Below, piece by piece: positions 36,665 to 38,295 of a stretch of 38,295 nucleotides of DNA; position 1 is the stretch's first letter; each line of letters starts with the position of its first letter. The stretch comes from Octopus bimaculoides. Lineage: Eukaryota. The notes under the pieces were generated by a model. That model was not told where the DNA came from and searched no databases. It worked only from the letters and a program-made list of their open reading frames with translations. The translations under genes and the position numbers were made by a program. The stretch is from contig NC_068987.1 in assembly GCF_001194135.2 (NCBI RefSeq), positions 33,775,589-33,813,883 of the forward strand, written 5' to 3'.

Positions 36665-37021
36665 NNNNNNNNNNNNNNNNNNNNNNNNNNNNNNNNNNNN
36701 NNNNNNNNNNNNNNNNNNNNNNNNNNNNNNNNNNNNNNNNNNNNNNNNNNNNNNNNNNNNNNNNNNNNNNNNNNNNNNNNNNNNNNNNNNNNNNNNNNNN
36801 NNNNNNNNNNNNNNNNNNNNNNNNNNNNNNNNNNNNNNNNNNNNNNNNNNNNNNNNNNNNNNNNNNNNNNNNNNNNNNNNNNNNNNNNNNNNNNNNNNNN
36901 NNNNNNNNNNNNNNNNNNNNNNNNNNNNNNNNNNNNNNNNNNNNNNNNNNNNNNNNNNNNNNNNNNNNNNNNNNNNNNNNNNNNNNNNNNNNNNNNNNNN
37001 NNNNNNNNNNNNNNNNNNNNN

Positions 37022-37072
<51 letters not shown>
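36610..37072. repeat. (TA)n - gap - (CA)n
   Basis: Directly visible. The (CA)n is probably the internal microsatellite of the SINE at 37074. Confidence 0.9.
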
Positions 37073-37073
<1 letters not shown>

Positions 37074-37075
<2 letters not shown>

Positions 37076-37188
37076 GACTTTCCATTTCCGTGAACCAAAT
37101 CCACTGGCATGCCCAAGGTGTCACACAGTGAGACTGAACCCGGAACCATGTGGTTGGGCAGGAAGCTTCTTAGCACACAGCCCCGCCA
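37074..37188 (-). mobile_element. SINE type II head with an internal deletion
   Basis: gcccaaggtgtcacacagtgagactgaacccggaaccatgtggttggg matches 32885-32930. Confidence 0.85.
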
Positions 37189-38295
37189 GTGCCTGATACA
37201 TAGAATATTTATAACCATACCTAGCCATGAGCATGTCTCTTATTCAAAATAGATACAGTTTCTAGTCTTAGATTTAGTAGATGATAAAGAGATAAATGAA
37301 TTAGAAATAAATTGCAATCCCTTGCAGCAATATGACTCCAAATAGGCTTCATGTGATCCTTGGAAATGTAGTCTATTCTTAGTTACAATAGAGACAGCAT
37401 GAATTTCTTCCATCTTCCTGCTCTCTTAATATATTTGAGAAAAAGTATATCAATATGTCCTACTGTTCAAAATTTTATTGAATTATTTATGCAGCTGAAG
37501 ATAGCACTACATTTAAATTGTTTAAATGATTGCATTGTTCAATTAAATGGAGCCGTTCGAAACGGTCGTACTGCATCCTGTTGCTTATTTTGATTTTATT
37601 CACCTTACTCCGAGCTGTGCGAATAATACCAGACTGACTTGGTGCTTCAACTGAATCTCAATTATATATATGGATGTGTTGCATTGAATCCATTCCCAAG
37701 TAAATTTATCTTAATCAATTTGATGCGAATCTGTGTATAGTTTTCTCTCACTCTCTTTCTCTCCCTTTTGTTTTTCTCTCCCTTTCTCTAATTCTTTTTT
37801 CTCCCCTTCACCGCTTTCTATCTGTCTCTCTATCTCCCTCTTCTCCAGTTACACTCTAGCTGCTCACACGTGACCATCTTTTGTATCCACACTTGTTCAT
37901 CCTTCCTTTATTCCGGTCTGTTGCACAGACCAGACGTATTCTTGTTTGTCTCCTCTCCCATCTTTTTTCCTGTCAAAGAATGTTTCTCAGCGTTCACTAC
38001 CTTACCCCGCCTGGGTTAGCAGCCCTCACTATTTGTTTCACTGTCCTGATTTTGTGACCAACTTTGACCCTACACACAATACCAAATTTTATTTCGGTTT
38101 GCGGGAGCAACTATTTCCTCGAAGGCACATATTATTGTTAATTGCTCGAAATGTGGAGTAGTTAAACACCCGGCAACTGATGAAGGTTTGTTCTTTATGT
38201 TACTTGTCTTGTATTCCATTTGTTTCTCTCTTTGATTGCAAAAAATGATTTGTCTTCGTATTTCATGTTCTTTACGTTTTGTGACGTCCTGTACC

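Noticed and set aside
37590-37660. Minus-strand exon candidate (EAPSQSGIIRTARSK|GTGAAT)
   Set aside because: The donor is good, but the acceptor lacks a pyrimidine tract and the phase does not join the 33820 candidate. Too weak.
38140-38200. Hammerhead or Penelope-type motif around GAAA...CTGATGA
   Set aside because: I could not build stem III or the UH cleavage site. The 37760-38295 region may be an unclassified repeat, but nothing in this window supports a call.

Overview
AT-rich, repeat-saturated eukaryotic scaffold with 7 N-gaps (4338-4941, 5665-5674, 12587-13509, 22587-23361, 27679-27688, 35041-35580, 36665-37021). The repeat repertoire resembles an octopus (coleoid cephalopod) genome; this is inference from recalled repeat families, not a database result. 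I found no intact protein-coding gene and no intact transposon ORF. Bases 1-24.3 kb are dominated by about a dozen decayed non-LTR retrotransposon pieces with a restriction-like endonuclease (RLE), most similar to the R4/Dong clade. Nearly all lie on the + strand, stacked head-to-tail, and all but one of the visible 3' ends run directly into an (AAT)n array; the exception runs into (CAA)n then (AAT)n. They carry at least four unrelated 3' UTRs. Also present: an RT-less internally deleted copy, a ~540-bp non-coding element flanked by (AAT)n, four tRNA-derived SINE types, several zinc-knuckle ORF1-like relics, an RTE-type fragment, a ~480-bp foldback element and many microsatellites. The 28.5-35 kb region is more unique and holds a few splice-signal-bounded exon candidates that I cannot assign to a gene. 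The most interesting system is a community of elements sharing the (TAA)n niche. TAA targeting by Dong is established; the non-autonomous riders and chimeras proposed here are inference.
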